Assembly (NCBI GenBank): GCA_013239625.1
Contig: MU053561.1
Location: 4,819,214 to 4,883,213 of the forward strand
DNA: 64,000 nt
Source: Lama guanicoe
Lineage: Eukaryota
Direction of reading: 5' to 3'
The notes under the pieces are model-generated. The model was not told the origin of the DNA. It saw only the letters and a list, made by a program, of their open reading frames with translations, and ran no database searches. The position numbers and the translations under genes are program-made. Positions within the stretch are counted from its first letter, which is position 1. Each line of letters starts with the position of its first letter. Below, in pieces: positions 48,433 to 62,747 of the stretch.

Positions 48433-49279
48433 AAAGGAACTTTCATCATTGCTATGTAAGGGATAGGAGTTCTGAAAAAGGAGCAAAATGCTTAGTGAAT
48501 GTTTGGGGAGGGACCATTGAAGGGGTGTGGAGACCTCTGGAATCTCAGTGTACAAGCTGCTGAATAAATGAGTCACTGGTTAGACTACATCTATGGAATA
48601 ATAGCAGATGTAGAAGCATCAAAAGAACTAACAAGGAATGTGTCAGTTTTAAAGCTGACTCTAGAATCAGGACCAAAAGGGTAGAGGGAATGAAACTATA
48701 CATCTTACACCTTATCTGAGTAATATGAATTCTCATAAAAAATGGCTTTTAAAGTACAGAGCCCAATATCTTCTGCACCCCGCTGAGTGGCAACAGAACC
48801 TGTGCATGCTCGGGACTTGATATTTCTCAGGAGCTTAGTTTCTACTGTGGAAACGGAGGAATTCAAAACCATAAATTAACATACTGTTTTGCAGTTTAAA
48901 AGCAGTATTGAAAAATATCTTAATAAAATTGCTCAGTGATTGAGCAGTTATATTATCTTACACGATAATGTGTATATTTATTGAGAAATTACCCTGTGCT
49001 AAATGGTTTACTTACAGTATCTCTCTTGATCCTTACGGGTTATTATAATTACCTCCAAGTCTCTATTTATTCAACAACATTTTTTGAGCACCTACTATGC
49101 TGGCTACCATCCTAGGCACTGAGGCTGCAGAAGTGTATTGGTCCTGCCTCAGGAGCCTACAATCTCGTGAAGGAGACAAATGCAAAACATCAATTACTGC
49201 AGCCCAGGGTGATATGTGTTGTGGGGAAGGATGAGGCATGACTACATCAGAAGACCTGTGGGAAAAAGGAACAATAGCT

Positions 49280-49376
49280 TTTTTTTTTTCCTCTTTTAAT
49301 GGAGGTACTGGGGACTGAACCTGAGACCTCCTGCATGATAAGCATGTGCTCTACCACTGAGCTATACCCACCCCCT
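49280..49376 (-). mobile_element. tRNA-Ala-derived SINE (Vic-1-like)
   Basis: Antisense ttaatggaggtactgggg...ctaccactgagctataccc. Degenerate TSD ggaaca(a/g)t(a/g)gcttt. Confidence 0.88.
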
Positions 49377-51334
49377 GGAACAGTGGCTTTTTAAAAAAAA
49401 AGTTCCACTATCCCCTTTGTCAGTCATGTATGGTTATTTGTGAATTTCCTCTGTTGCTTGGTGAATGGAATTTTCCAGGGAAGTCAGTTAGTCTACAACC
49501 ACTATTTTTATTTACAATGCCCAGAAATCAGGTTAGTGGCTGCCCAGTGGCTAAGGGTGAGGGAGGGGTGATAGAAAACCTTGTACATCTCCTCCTGTCC
49601 TTTCTAGAGTCTTTCCAAAGAAGGCTTTGCTACCATGATGCAAGGTTTGAGATCTCTTTGTAGGTGACCTGACTCAGAGGGGATCAAACCCTACCAACTT
49701 ACTGACAGACGTGGACCTCAGTGGCACCTGAGTCCATGAGGACTTGGCCCTGATATTCCAGAGTGGAAACTGGGCAGCTCAAGAAGTGCAAAATGCTGTA
49801 TCAGGGATACAGGAAGAAAATACTGGAATGCCTGCTAATATCTCAACTGAAAATAAGCAAGGTGTCAGTAAGATTTAATTATGTTTAATATACAGAATGA
49901 CCCTCTTCTTTAGTCTGTCTGTTGGTCCCATATCACATAGACCTCGAGAGGGTATCCTGAGGCACACTGAGTGTCACACACACAACACACACACATACAG
50001 ACTGATGGTTGTACCCTCCTTCACACATCTGCTTTCAGAGTATCGTAGCTCCTTTGTGCTACTGTTGACACGATTTTAACTAAATGAGCCCTCACAAAAT
50101 GGAGGAGTGGCTTAAGAACAGTACAGAGAAAGAAAGAGTGTTGAAGATAATACCAGTCACACAAATCCAAGGAAACAACAAGAAAATGACACTGTCCCTA
50201 ATCTGATGTAGAGTCATTGTCAGATACATTATGAAGTTAGATACAAGGACCATCTAATTAGATCAGACATGAAGTTGGCAGAAACAAATTTGGAAATTAT
50301 TAAGAGGACAGTGACTTTTTCTCTACTAGCATTTATAAAAAGCCTCACACTAAGTGTATATTAAGCCTAGAGATATTAGCTAATGATAGAGGTACATTTA
50401 TCTATAATTTATAGATAAATACAGTATTTATATTGGGTACCTGTACAAATATTTTCACTGCTAAAGTTGTGTGATTGAAAAAAAATTGAAGGGCACTGTG
50501 TTAGGGAATTAGATTTGCTTTAAGAAGTCCTGGCCCTTTAAGATAATGTTCTCTGTCATGTGGGCAGAAGCAGATGGCTAGTCTGTGTGGACCTGAGATC
50601 AAGGACTTGTTGCTTATTTACTTACAAGCTGTGCTTTTTAAACAATGCTATCTGCATGCTGGTGTTCCCTGAAGAAGGTTGCTGTGTGCTGTGAGCCTTT
50701 GAAAAAATAATTCCTTATTTTATAGCAAATAACCACTTTATACTGTACAGTAATGGGAAATACTTAAATGTAGTTAATTTTTTTCTTTATCTCATGATAT
50801 TTAATTTATACTTTCAAAGTCCCCTGTCTCCTACATGCATTATTTTTGTTTGTGTCTTTTCTTAGTCTGACAATGATTTTTCTTTCTGGGGAAGAAAATT
50901 TACATAACTGCTCCACATGTGAAACAGTGTTGCTTGGTGAGTCATGGTCACAAAAAGTTCCTTTAGAGCATGTGAATAAATCTCTGTCTCAGCCAAGTTT
51001 TTTTTTTTTTTTTTTTGCCACAGTCCTCTTTGACACCCCAAGCTCAGAAGCTCCCCACTGGCCTGGCCTCTGCTCTCTGAAGTCCAAGTCAAGGGTTATG
51101 GGCCTTCCCAGCTGCCACCCAGCCTTGAGGCTGAGAACTGAAAACAGAACTCTGGGGACAGGGCAAGAGGTCACCCTCTGAGCCATCCCTGGACTTTGTG
51201 AAGCAGGTGCTGCTTAATTCTAGGAGATGGAAGGGAGAGCTGCACTGGGGGCTGGCCAGTCTCCTGCCTCCAGTCCTGGCATCCTGATCAGGATGTGATG
51301 CATCTTTCCAGGGGAGGTGGGTAGCTCAGCAGTG

Positions 51335-51530
51335 AGTCATTCAAACTAGGCTCTGCTGTTTGGGCACGTTACTTAGCCTCACTGTGCATCAATCTTCTCA
51401 TCTGTAAAATGGGAATAATAATAATGCCCACTTCATGGACTGGTTGTGAAAGACGAAATGAGAATCCATATAATGCATTTAGCTTGATATATATATAAGT
51501 GGTCAAAAAATGGTGAGTTACTGTTATTAT
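51335..51530 (+). mobile_element. MIR
   Basis: tgggcacgttacttagcctcactgtgcatcaatcttctcatctgtaaaatgggaataata. Confidence 0.8.
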
Positions 51531-51998
51531 TGTCATGTGTTATATATCCAGATTCAGTCTCCAGTTGAATAAGTGTAGGGGGTTGGGGGGGACTTCATGA
51601 CTGAAGTGAAATGAAACTTTGACCCTACCTAGAGGGATGACCATCTCCCACCCTGAAAGTAACAGGATAACAGGATCTCATACTATTTCTCCCCCTGCAG
51701 ACAACCTAAATACAATTTATAAAACATGGGCTTTGGAAGCAGACAGCCCTGCCACTTACAGGATCCTGGGCAAGTCACTTAGCCTCTGTGACAATCTGGA
51801 CAATAGGCTTTTCACAGAGTAATGCTGAGTTTGAGGACATGATGTAAACATAACATCCAGAAGAGTGACAGGCACTTAGTGGGATCCCCACATACTGTTC
51901 CTCCCCACTTTCTTAATAGCCATTAAATAAATCAAGTAATAAAGACTTAGGCTATGAAAAATTTGGTTGTCTTTATTGTTCATGGTCTTGAGGCCCAT

Positions 51999-52383
51999 TG
52001 TGATATTGCGGTATAAGAAGAAATATGTGTTTAGTTTTTGTCCCTGGTAGAGGGCTTCCTTGGGTTCTGTGAGCCATTATAGCAAATTATCGACCCCGAG
52101 GAGGAGGTTGTGGGAACCCCTGATTTGTTACCAAGTGGAGCAGAAGTGTGGGTAACCTGGGGACCCACTACCTGCAATTGGCATCTGAAGTGGAGATGGT
52201 TTTGTGGGACTGAGCCCTTAACCTGTGGGGTCTGCACTAACTCTGGGTAGTTAGTGTCAGAACTGAATTAAATTGCAGGGCACCCAGTTGGTACCTGCGG
52301 AGAACTGGAGAATTGCTTGGTGTGAAAAACCCTCACATTTGGTGCCAGAAGTGTTGTGAACGGAGGAACGTTTTTCATTTACT
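51999..52383 (+). mobile_element. MER21-type LTR, internally deleted
   Basis: Starts tgtgatattgcggtataagaagaaatat. Contains ttctgtgagccattatagcaaattatcga and tgtgggactgagcccttaacctgtgggg. Homologous in reverse to 25431-26317. Confidence 0.82.
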
Positions 52384-53344
52384 TACGCAGGATCCCCAGT
52401 CAGATGGAGACACTTGTAGACAGTGATAGAAGAATACACATGTACTGAACCCCTACTATGTGCCATGCACTGGTTAGGTGTTTTGTAATCTCATGCTTTC
52501 TTTAAAACTGTGTGAAGCACATGTTAATAACACAGCTTCCTGGACGAGAGAACTGAAGTTCAGAGAACTTAAGAACTTGTCCCACATCAGTCTGATGGCA
52601 AAAGTCCATGCTGTTCCTACCTCCTGCTTCCCTCCACCCCAGCTCTCTGGACCAGTAGATACTATGGCTCTAAAGGGAAACACCTGATCTTCCCTCTGGT
52701 TACAGGCATTGGGAGTTAAACCAGAACCAGCAGGAGAAAGAGGTCATTTGGAACTCTTATACCAAGCCTAGAGGCCACTTAATGTCACCAGCATAGGCCT
52801 GGGGGCCTGGAGTAAGGGAAATATGTTTTAGTTTCCCCAGCGCAGGCTCCAGTTGCAGTGACTTCCAAGGCAGAGTCACGCAGTCAAAGCTTTTATGTAG
52901 CTCTCTTACTATCAACCCAGTGATGGCCCCAGCTATATGAATTTTCAGTGGTGGAACCGGGGGCCAGTTCTCTTACTAGGGCACAAAATCTTGCTGTCAG
53001 CACTAGAGATAGCACTTCTCTGGGATTTCATTGATGAAAGTTCAATTGGCAATCCAGGGCAGATTTTGTCAAGAGGAAAGATGGCGAGAGAAACCTCTGT
53101 ACTGACCGCTAGCTATTAAATTTGACCACCATCTGAAATCAATACCCCCTCAAGTTAATCACAAACTGCCTGAATCAGTCACAGTCAACTATAATTTATG
53201 TCACACAGGAGCCACTGGGAGGTAGGATGTAGGAAAGTGATGAGTGCAGAATCACACAAGGAGCCAGGCAGATCCCCTCTACACTCAGACTGCTGCAGGA
53301 TGGAATTCCCACAAAATGCCTCTTTAAAGATGAAAATATAAAAA

Positions 53345-53665
53345 AAATTTAAAAAGACAAACTTATTTACAGAACAGAAACAGACTCACAGACATAGAAA
53401 ACAAACTTACAGTTACCGGAAGGGAAGGGGGTGGGTCATTCAAGATTTGCAGATACTAATATATATAAAATACATTAACAACAAGTTTATACTGTATAGC
53501 ACAGGGAACTATATTCAGTATCTTGTAGTAACTTACAGTGAAAAAGAACATGAAAACAAATATATGTATGTTCATGTATGGCTGAAACATTATTCTGTAC
53601 ACCAGAAATTGATACAATATTGTAAACTGACTATACTTCAATAAAAATACATATTTAAAAAAGAA
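53345..53665 (+). mobile_element. L1 3' end
   Basis: aacagactcacagacatagaaaacaaac...tgactatacttcaataaaa. Confidence 0.9.
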
Positions 53666-53689
53666 AACATCCTTTTCTTCTGATTTTAA

Positions 53690-54085
53690 GATAATGCATG
53701 CATAGTATTATTGTTGTTGTTTTAAAATCAGACAACAGGAAATGTTTAAAAAAGCAAATGAAATCCCACCCTTAATCCTGCCACCTGGTAATAACATTCT
53801 GTGTAAGTCCTTCCAAACATTTTTTTGCTCATATACTTCTAGCCCCCTGACAGTTGTTTTAAAAACAAGACTATATTTTGAGATTTTTAATTTTTATCGC
53901 TTCTAATATATTGTAAATATCTATCCAAAAGAATATATCTATGTTGCTGTTTTAATGGAATTATGATATCCATTAACGAGAGGTACCATAATTTGCTTAG
54001 CCATTTCTCTCTTTTAAATGGTTTCCAGTTTGCCATGATTATAAACAAAGCTGCAACAAACACCTTGGTATATTTTTGGTAAATA
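53690..54085 (-). mobile_element. Ancient L1ME-like fragment
   Basis: ORF 53887-54150 remnant TKVFVAALFIIMANWK resembles the ORF2 end. Confidence 0.55.
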
Positions 54086-54184
54086 TTTTGGTCTGTGGTC
54101 ATTAACCCTGAACCTGAAATTCCGTAAGACTCCAGGAACCTCAGTCTCACCTATGTGCACTCCCTTGATAAATTACGGCTAAAA

Positions 54185-54560
54185 CATTCATTCAATCAAA
54201 AAATATGTATTGGGTGACCACGATGTTTCAGACACGGGTCTGTGCTCTGTGGATATGCAGTGAGTAAAACAGACAAAATCTCTGCCCTCAGAAAGCTCAC
54301 ACTGAGAGGGGGGAGTTAATAATAAACAAATTAATGATAGTGCGTCAGAAGGTGGTAAATGTTAAAGACAAAAATAAGGCAAGAAAAGGAGATTTTCTTC
54401 TGTACTCATTGGGCATTTATTCTATCATTATGCTATTCAGTTTAATTCACTAAGCATCTGTGGAGCCCCTACGTTATGCCATTAACTGTACTAGGTCTTG
54501 TGAATGGGGCACGTAGAGCTGAATGAAGGATGAGCCCTGTTGTAGAGAAGCTCACAGTTA
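54185..54560 (-). mobile_element. L2 3' fragments
   Basis: cattcattcaatcaaaaaatatgtattgggtgacc...aaacagacaaaatctctgccctca. Confidence 0.7.
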
Positions 54561-54897
54561 TTTTCTTGCTTGTGACTTCACCATTTCATGTGTGTATGTT
54601 TTGTCTTCACAACTCGGTTAGAAAATCCTTGAGGGTATGTTTTATACTTCTCTTGTGTTTTCTTGTGCTTTTAGCATAATTTTTAAAAAGTTAATTGTCA
54701 ATAATGGCTTGTTATGTATTTGTGAAATAGAAATGGTATTGGTGGTTTTGAGAGATGGCAAACTGGGTTCTGATGAGCCAAGAAAGATTCAGGATGAAAA
54801 AAAGCACTGATTAGTATCCAAGGTTAATGAGGAAACTACCTATTTAGATCATGGTGTTGGCATTAAAAGAAACTTACTCTAAATCATACGTCATCTT

Positions 54898-54998
54898 ACA
54901 TGTTCCCCAGTGTTCAAAGCAGCACAATTTACAATAGCCAAGACATGGAAGCAACCTACATGTCCATCGATGAATGGATAAATAAGATGTGTATATAC

Positions 54999-55029
<31 letters not shown>

Positions 55030-55445
55030 TATACATACACACACAATAGAATACTACTCAGCCATAAAAAATGAAATAATGGCATTTGCAGCAACATGGA
55101 TGGACCTAGAGATTATCATATGATATCACTTATATGTGGAATCTTAAAAAATGATGCAAATGAACTTATTTGCAAAACAGAAAGGAACTCACAGACATAG
55201 AAAACAAACTTATAGTTACCAAAGCGGAAGGAGGGGTGACAGATAAATTAGGAGTTTGGGATAAGCAGATACAAACTACTATAAAAACAAAGTCCTAATA
55301 TATAGCACAGGGAACTATATTCAATATCTTGTAATAACTTACAATGAAAAAGAATTTGAAAAACATATGTATGTATAACTGAATCACTATGCTGTACAGT
55401 AGAACCTAACATGACATTGTAAATCAACTATACTTCAATAAAATC
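54898..55445 (+). mobile_element. L1 3' end
   Basis: cagtgttcaaagcagcacaatttacaatagccaagacatggaagcaacc...aactatacttcaataaaa. Confidence 0.9.
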
Positions 55446-55809
55446 AATCAATCTTGTATCATCTGATCAAATATAGTAATATAGATATATTAATGTTAAA
55501 TATAGTAATTTTAGCATTGCTGTGCAAAGCTGGTTGAATATATAATACTATTTTTTATAGAAAAACAAACTAAGCAGAGAAGCATGCTGAGTTTTCCTCT
55601 GGCTCTGTATGGTTTATTTAAGCCACCCCCACATCCTACTAATACACACCAAACTCTGCCTGAAATGGGGGCTCTAATACTCCCTTGAAGTTCAAGGCCT
55701 TAGTTCTGTGGACGCCTTCAGCATTCCCAACAGACACTGGTTGTGCTCCTTCCCACCCTCTTGGCTATCTACTAGCTGTTTTGTCTCTCATTAAAAGAAA
55801 ACTCCTTGA

Positions 55810-57075
55810 CAGTTACATGTAAAAAATGAAATTAGAACATTCCCTAACACCATGTACACAAATACACTCAAAATGGATCAAAGACCTAAATGTAAGGCAG
55901 TATACTATAGAGGAAAACATAGGCAGAACATTCTTTGACACAAACTATAGCAATATATTTTTTTGATCTGTCTCCTAAGTTAAAGGAAATAAAAGCAAAA
56001 ATAAACAAATGAAACCTAATTAAATTTAAAAACTTTTGCATAGCAAAGGAAACCATCAACAAAATGAAAAGAGAACCTACTGAATAAGAAAAAATATTTG
56101 CAAATGATATGACTGATCAGAGATTAAAGTCAACATATATAAACAGCTCATACAACTCAACATGAAAAAAAACCAAACAAGCTGATTAATGGGCAGAAGA
56201 ACTGAACAGACATTTTTCCAAAGAGGAAACAAAGATGGCCAATAGGTACATGAAAAGATGCTCAACATCATTAATAATCAGGGAAATGCAAATTAAAACC
56301 ACAATGAGATATCATCTCACACCTGTCAGAATGGCTATCATCAAAAAGACCACACATAACAAATGGTGAGGGTGTGGAGAAAAGGGAACCCTTGTACATT
56401 GTTGGTGGGAATGTAAACTGGTGTAGGTACTATGGAAAACAGTACGGAAGTTTCTCAAAAAACTAAAAATAGACTTACCATATGACCCAGCAATTCTGCT
56501 CCTGGGTATATATCTGAAAAAAAACCCCCACTAATTTGAAAAGATACACACACCACAATGTTCATAGCCATTTTATTTACAATTGCCAAGATATGGAAGC
56601 AACCTAAGTGTCCAACCACAGGTGAATGGATAAAGAATATGTGATATATATACATATTAGTGTGTGTGTGTGTGTATATATACATATATATGTATATATA
56701 CAATGGAATACTACTCAGCCACAAAAAAGAATGAAAATTTTCCATTTGCAGCAACATAGATGGACTTGGAAGGCACATGCTAACTGAAATAAGTCAGACA
56801 GAAAAAGACAAATGCTGTATGATATCACTTATATGTGGAATCTAAAACATATAGCAAACTAGTGAATATAAAAAGAAGAAGCAGACTCACACATACAAAA
56901 AACAAATTAGTGGTTATCAGTGCGGGGTGGGAGGTATAAACTATTGGGTGTAAGATAGACTCAAGGATGTATTGCACAACATGGGAAATACAGCCAATAT
57001 TTTGCAATAACTGTAAATGGAAAATAACCTTTAAAAATTATATAAAATATTTTAAAAATATTTTGAAAAACAAAC
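55810..57075 (+). mobile_element. L1 ORF2 C-terminus plus 3'UTR
   Basis: aaaatggatcaaagacctaaatgtaag...gaaatgcaaattaaaaccacaatgagatatc...A-rich tail. Confidence 0.92.
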
Positions 57076-57654
57076 GAAAGAAAAATCTTTGCCATACAAA
57101 AATAGGTAACTGTAAAAGTATGAAGTGGTACAGAGTTAAGACAGGTTTTACATCTATCATGATTGAATGTTTAATATTTGTCAGGGATTGTATGCTGCAT
57201 GCCACATATATTACTTCTAATTCTCAAAGCAACCTTGCAAGAGGAGCAGTATTGTCCTCACTTTGCAGACAAGAGCTCTGAGGCCACGAGAGGGCGCTGT
57301 GTAAGTGGTGGGGGCGGGTCTGCACACTGCTCTCCGCAGCTGCCTTTGTCTACTTACTTATTATTAGTATCATCATATTACTGTCATAGTTGATATCATT
57401 CTGGCAGAAGTAGGACAATTTACAAATATTTCTTTTTAAATTTAACACTTATTTCTCCTCCATGGCTTCTCTCAACAAAGACTGCCCACCAGGCTTGGAG
57501 GGTTTTAGGGAGGACCTGTGGGCTCTTTCTGGTGTTTTCTAGCCCAGGGCCCTTTGAGCTGAGCAAGATCTGGAACAGGTAAGGCTCCACCAGGCAGATC
57601 CCAGCTACCTGCAGGACCAGCAGGTCTTCTGACTGAATTAATTCTCATCCTCTA

Positions 57655-58120
57655 AAAATTTTTTTTCTAGCTTTATTGAGATATAATTCACATGTAACAT
57701 TATGTAAGTTTAAGGCATACAGTGTGATGATTTGACACACATATGTATTGTGATATGAACGTCACTATTATTTCAAATAATTACCTTTATTTGTAGTGAG
57801 AATATTTAAGATCTGGTCTCGTAGAACTTTCAAGTCTATAATATGTATTGTTGACTATGATCATTATGCTGTGCATTAGATCTTCAGAACTTATTCATCT
57901 TATAATATGAAGTTTATACCCTTTGACTAGTACCTCCCCATTTCCCCCACCCCTCAGCCTCTGGTAACCACCATTCTACTCTGTGTCTATGAGTTTGGCT
58001 TTTTTAGATTACACATGTAAATGAGATAATACAGTATCTGTCTTTCTTTGTCTGAATTATTTCACTAAGCATAATGCCCTAAAGGTCCATCCATGATATT
58101 GCAATGGGAAGAATTTCCTT
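57655..58120 (-). mobile_element. L1MA/MB-type 3' end
   Basis: gctttattgagatataattcaca...ggtaaccaccattctactctg...ttcactaagcataatg. Confidence 0.85.
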
Positions 58121-58121
58121 C

Positions 58122-58267
58122 TTTGTTTTAGAGACGTCCTTTTTTTTTTCCAGTAGTGGATAGGTAATTGGGTGTACTTATTTATTTTAATGGAGGTACT
58201 GGGGATTGAACCCAGGACCTTGTGCATGCTAAGCATGTGCTCTACCACTAAGCTATACCCTCCCCCT
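58122..58267 (-). mobile_element. tRNA-Ala-derived SINE (Vic-1-like)
   Basis: Antisense ggtaattgggtgtacttatttattttaatggaggtactggggattgaaccc...agctataccctcccc. Flanks share agaatt(t)cctt. Confidence 0.9.
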
Positions 58268-58769
58268 AGAGAATTCCTTTTTGATCGTAGTTCTGGTACA
58301 CCCCAGACTGTGGGAGCACCTGGGAATAAAGAAATAGCTAACCTTTCAAAGCCCCTATCTGCAGAGTGATAGAAAGATCTCAGAAGGAAACGGACCTATT
58401 CCCAGTGCCCACTGCAGCACCTGGGGCCCAGCAGGTGCACAATGAGTTTTGAGTAGACAAATGAAACTATTTACAGAAGTGTTTTACTAACTTTTGAAGT
58501 CTTTCCTACAGAATACGAAGACAGGTCTCAGAGCAGCTACTGTCTGGGCTAACATGGAAAACTATGAAGACAAAGTTATTGAGTCAAATCACCAAAGTGG
58601 CTGACTGTGTGGATCTTAGGCCTAATTAAGGGGAGAATCCCTTAAAAATTAGCAAATAGAGTTATTCTCTTTAGTGGGAAAACTGCCGCCATTTCCCTAG
58701 AGTCAATTGGGACATCAGGGCAACGTCAACTTTGTATTTTTGATCTCTATGATTCTATTACCAAATACC

Positions 58770-59110
58770 TCTTTCTTAAAAATTTTTCTAAAATTATGGA
58801 ACACATATGTATTATAAAGTAATAGAAAATACTGACAAGTATGGAGAAGAATTATATATCACTCATAATTCCACCACCCAGAAATAATCACAATTAACAT
58901 TCTGGAGCATTTTCTCCTGCATATAAATGTATATGCACTACAACAGTGAAGAGGCACACACAGTTTTGCACCATGCTTTTTTCACTTAAAATATTACAGT
59001 ATTTCCCCACATCACTAAATATCCTTAAAAATCTTGATTTTAGTGGATGTAGAATAATCAATTGTATGACTGTCACAGAATTTATTACGGACATCTTCAG
59101 TCATTGCTCT
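58770..59110 (-). mobile_element. Ancient L1ME-like 3' fragment
   Basis: cactcataattccaccacccagaaataatcac...tgcttttttcacttaaaatatt. Confidence 0.6.
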
Positions 59111-62100
59111 GACTCTTTGTCTGCGTGAATGCCCCGCAACAGATAGTTCAGTACCTAGTTCCTGGATACACCTACGGTTACTTCCTTTTGATCTTCTCAT
59201 TTTTAAACTTCAGACTCAGCTAATTCTATGGCAATAATTTTTAACCAGTGAGACACAGCCCCTCAGAGGGGATGGCAAGAAACAGAACGTGTGTAATCTG
59301 AAAAACTTCACTCAAAGTGTTCTATTAATATATTTAACTGTTTTGAAATTATATAAGTAAATGTGGGGTTTGTTTTTCCAAAGGGGAATGAGTTAAAAAT
59401 GTGCATTCATTCAAAAATACTTATTGAGCACGTACTGCATGGGAGGCCCTGTACTGGGGCCTGGGGATCCAGCCATGAACAAGACAGACGGGCTGAGAAT
59501 CACATACAAAGGTTTGCATATAGCACTTTTAAAGACTTTAATGGCCCATACAGATCTCCCCCCACCCCGCCACACCCGTCAATCTTGTTTGGAGCAAATC
59601 ATATTTGTGCTGAGATTAAAGGGGATTACATATGTGAAGGGCCTGGCAGAGTGTCTGGAATACATACAGTAGATCTTCAGTAACAGCAACTGCCCTCCTC
59701 CTTCCCATCCCCTCAAGTTTTCATTCATGCATGGGACAGCTGCTGGCCAGAGCTCTTCTCTACAAATATGAATCCTGGCATCATCAACACCAGTCTAAAG
59801 CCAATATGATTTGGTTTGAAGGGTGAATAATTTATAGACTTTGAGGTTCAATACTATCCACTGAACCTGGGTGACAGGCCTTATGTAAAATGTTCTTTTT
59901 GAAACTGTAATGAAAAATTTGGGGTCATTCAGTGTTACCTTGCGTTTTACATCACTACTCACCTTCCCTTTACATCTCAGAGTTGCGGAGTCTCAGTTTC
60001 TCAAGACTCATTTCTTGCTTTGGGAACAACTTCTCACAACATGGAAAGAGATTTGGTTACTTGGGGAAGATGTAAAGGTGATGTGATGGGCAGGAAGGAT
60101 GAAAACTGTCCTCTGGTGAAGGCCCACTCTCCCCACTCCTCACAGAACCCGGGGGACAAATATGAGATTATCGGAGAAAGTCAAGTTCTTATTGTAAATT
60201 TTTTCTTTTTCGTAAGCACAGAACCCATCCATTTTCTCAGAAGGAAGCTTGTCTCTTATGCACATTGTCTTTCAGCCTGGATCTGCTGCAAATCCAGTTA
60301 GATAGCCAGGTGCCCCTGCAGAAATTCTAGGTGGTCCTGGTGACCTGTAACTTCTTGAGGACATTGTCCTCAGAGACTGAAACTTAAAAAATCATTTTCT
60401 GGCCTTGATGAAGTGAACCAAAGACGTATGTTTAGAGAGGCTGTTGAACTCAGAGCTGGATTATAAGTAAGGAAAACAGTTGTTTACCTCTTATTGCCTC
60501 CTATGTTACCCTTAGTAGCCTAGATATGTATTTTTTCTCTTTCTCCAGTACATTTAAAATTAAAAAAAAAAATCTTTTTGGAAGCCCACCATAATACCAT
60601 GTTTCCTAAAGTAAATCTAACCTAACATGAAGAAATGATTCCCAAGTTTCTTTTATCCACATTAAAGAGTATTTGAAACATTGATCTTCTGAGCACCCTG
60701 GATAAACTACGGCCATCTGATGAGTCTCAAAGGTGGATTTACTACTAGTCAAAACCATGATATACGCTGTACTTCAATAGAGCAAGGTTGGACACACACA
60801 TAGCTGTAATGGAAAACGAAGTACGGGGATTTATATGCCTAATTAAACCAGCAAACTCTCAAATCTAGACCCATAAATTGACTTTTAGAGTTCTGATTGT
60901 CGGGAGAATTGCAAATAAAAGTGGTTTGAGGTGAGAGTTTATTTTTCCTGAATTAGGTGGGCCCAGTGCTTTAAAAATTGAAAGCTTTTACTCGTTATTA
61001 ATTTCACTTACAAGAATATAAATGTAATCTGAATTATATGACTGTATATAAATCTGATTTATGAAAATCTGTCAAAAGAATCATAGACTCTAAGAATCAG
61101 TGGCAGATACAGCTTGAGACAGAGAATTGTAGGATTATTTAGCTAATAAACTCTAATAAGACATACAGTTTAAAATTTGTTGTGTTTGGATAAAGTTGCA
61201 CATAAAGAAAAAAAGGAATCTGGAAAAATACTGGCTCTCAAACAAGAGAAAGAAGCCGAATTCACTCGTGTCATCCATCCAAAGCCATAATAAATTTGTT
61301 TTTTCTTTCATTTGGTTGCCCTGAAAATATTTTTCTGATTGATAGCTGGTTTATCATGTCCTTGTATTCCTCCATTTTATTATCATTCTAGGCTTTTCAA
61401 AGGATAAAACTGCCTTTAAATCACATCACTAACATAAACCATAATGACACATTTTTTTCTTCACAAATTTCCTAAGACTGTGAGTACCTTACTATCCTGT
61501 GAGCTCCTTTAGGACAGAACCATGCCATTCTGCCTGGGCACCCAGCTCTGGGCTCCGTGTGTGACTCCATAAACAAGAATTAAAGGAACCAACACATTTA
61601 GCCCTGGGTCATCTCTGAGCCCGAGGAAAGCGGTCAATTGGGTTATGCCGTCAGCTGGGAAGTATCAGAAACCGTGCTGGGGACAGTTGTGGAATTTGCA
61701 GGTTTTGGATCATCAGTGCCACAAGGGCCTCATCTTTTGTCAAGTGAGGAAGAGATCCGGATACAGAGAGTGTGAACAGGTAAAGATGTAGAACACAGGA
61801 AAATTCCTAGAGAGCCGCCAAACGTGGTTGCAAAAAAGAAATGTGGTCCTTGCAACACAGCAAAAGGCTTCAGCTGGTCTCCTTCAAGGTTGAGTCCCTG
61901 CCTGCCGAAGCAAAGAAGGATGACTAGGGAGAGTTAATGGGCTCCCTATTATCAGCTGTAAACTAAAGGCGTATTTGCTTCTATAAATATTTGGCACATG
62001 AGTAGTAGGCAGGGAGTAATGATTGGGTCCCAATGACTCATTTGTTACTCTGTAAGTGGCAAAGTTAGTGTCATTTGATGCAGTCAGCTAGAATCAGGTC

Positions 62101-62526
62101 TGATACAACCAGCATGGGACAAACCCTCCATGACCACAACAAAAGGTTCAAGGTGGCCAGTTTGGAATAAGAAGAATCCAGCTGAGGTTGTCCTCTTGCC
62201 CTTCAGCACTGTCCCCTCTGTACTTAGCCCTCAAACCAGCTCCGATCCCTGCCACCTGCGGCTCTTGAAACCACCCCTCCTTCTCCATAAGACCTTATAG
62301 TTACTTCTCATCAAACCCGCAATCATACCTAAGGATCAGTTGCTGGGATATGCCACAGCATTTACCAGAGTGCCCTGGACAACCCCACTTTCCTTTTCTC
62401 AGTGTTCCAATCTGTCTTGTTGATACACTCGTTCCATACTCTAGACTGATTTGGATTTGAATTTGCAAGGTAAGTTGAAGAAGGTAACTAATCTCTTTAA
62501 GACTCAACATCCTTATCTCTAAAACG

Positions 62527-62623
62527 TAGGGTGATCAACCATCTTGGGTTTGCCTAGGATGCAGGACTTTTAGTGTTAAAACCAAGAATGTCTCAAACAA
62601 ACCAGGATGAGCTGGTCATCTTA
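62527..62623. mobile_element. MER81-like hAT-Blackjack MITE within a MIR
   Basis: Terminal inverted repeats tagggtgatcaac / gctggtcatctta. Body ggacttttagtgttaaaacc. Confidence 0.7.
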
Positions 62624-62747
62624 CTATAACAGGAAAAATAACACTTCATTTATTGTGTGGAAGAAATATAGCATTGTTTGTAGAGTGAGTCAGTATTCAA
62701 TAAATGCTAGCTTCCCACCTTCTTTACTCAATAAAAAGTATTTGTGA

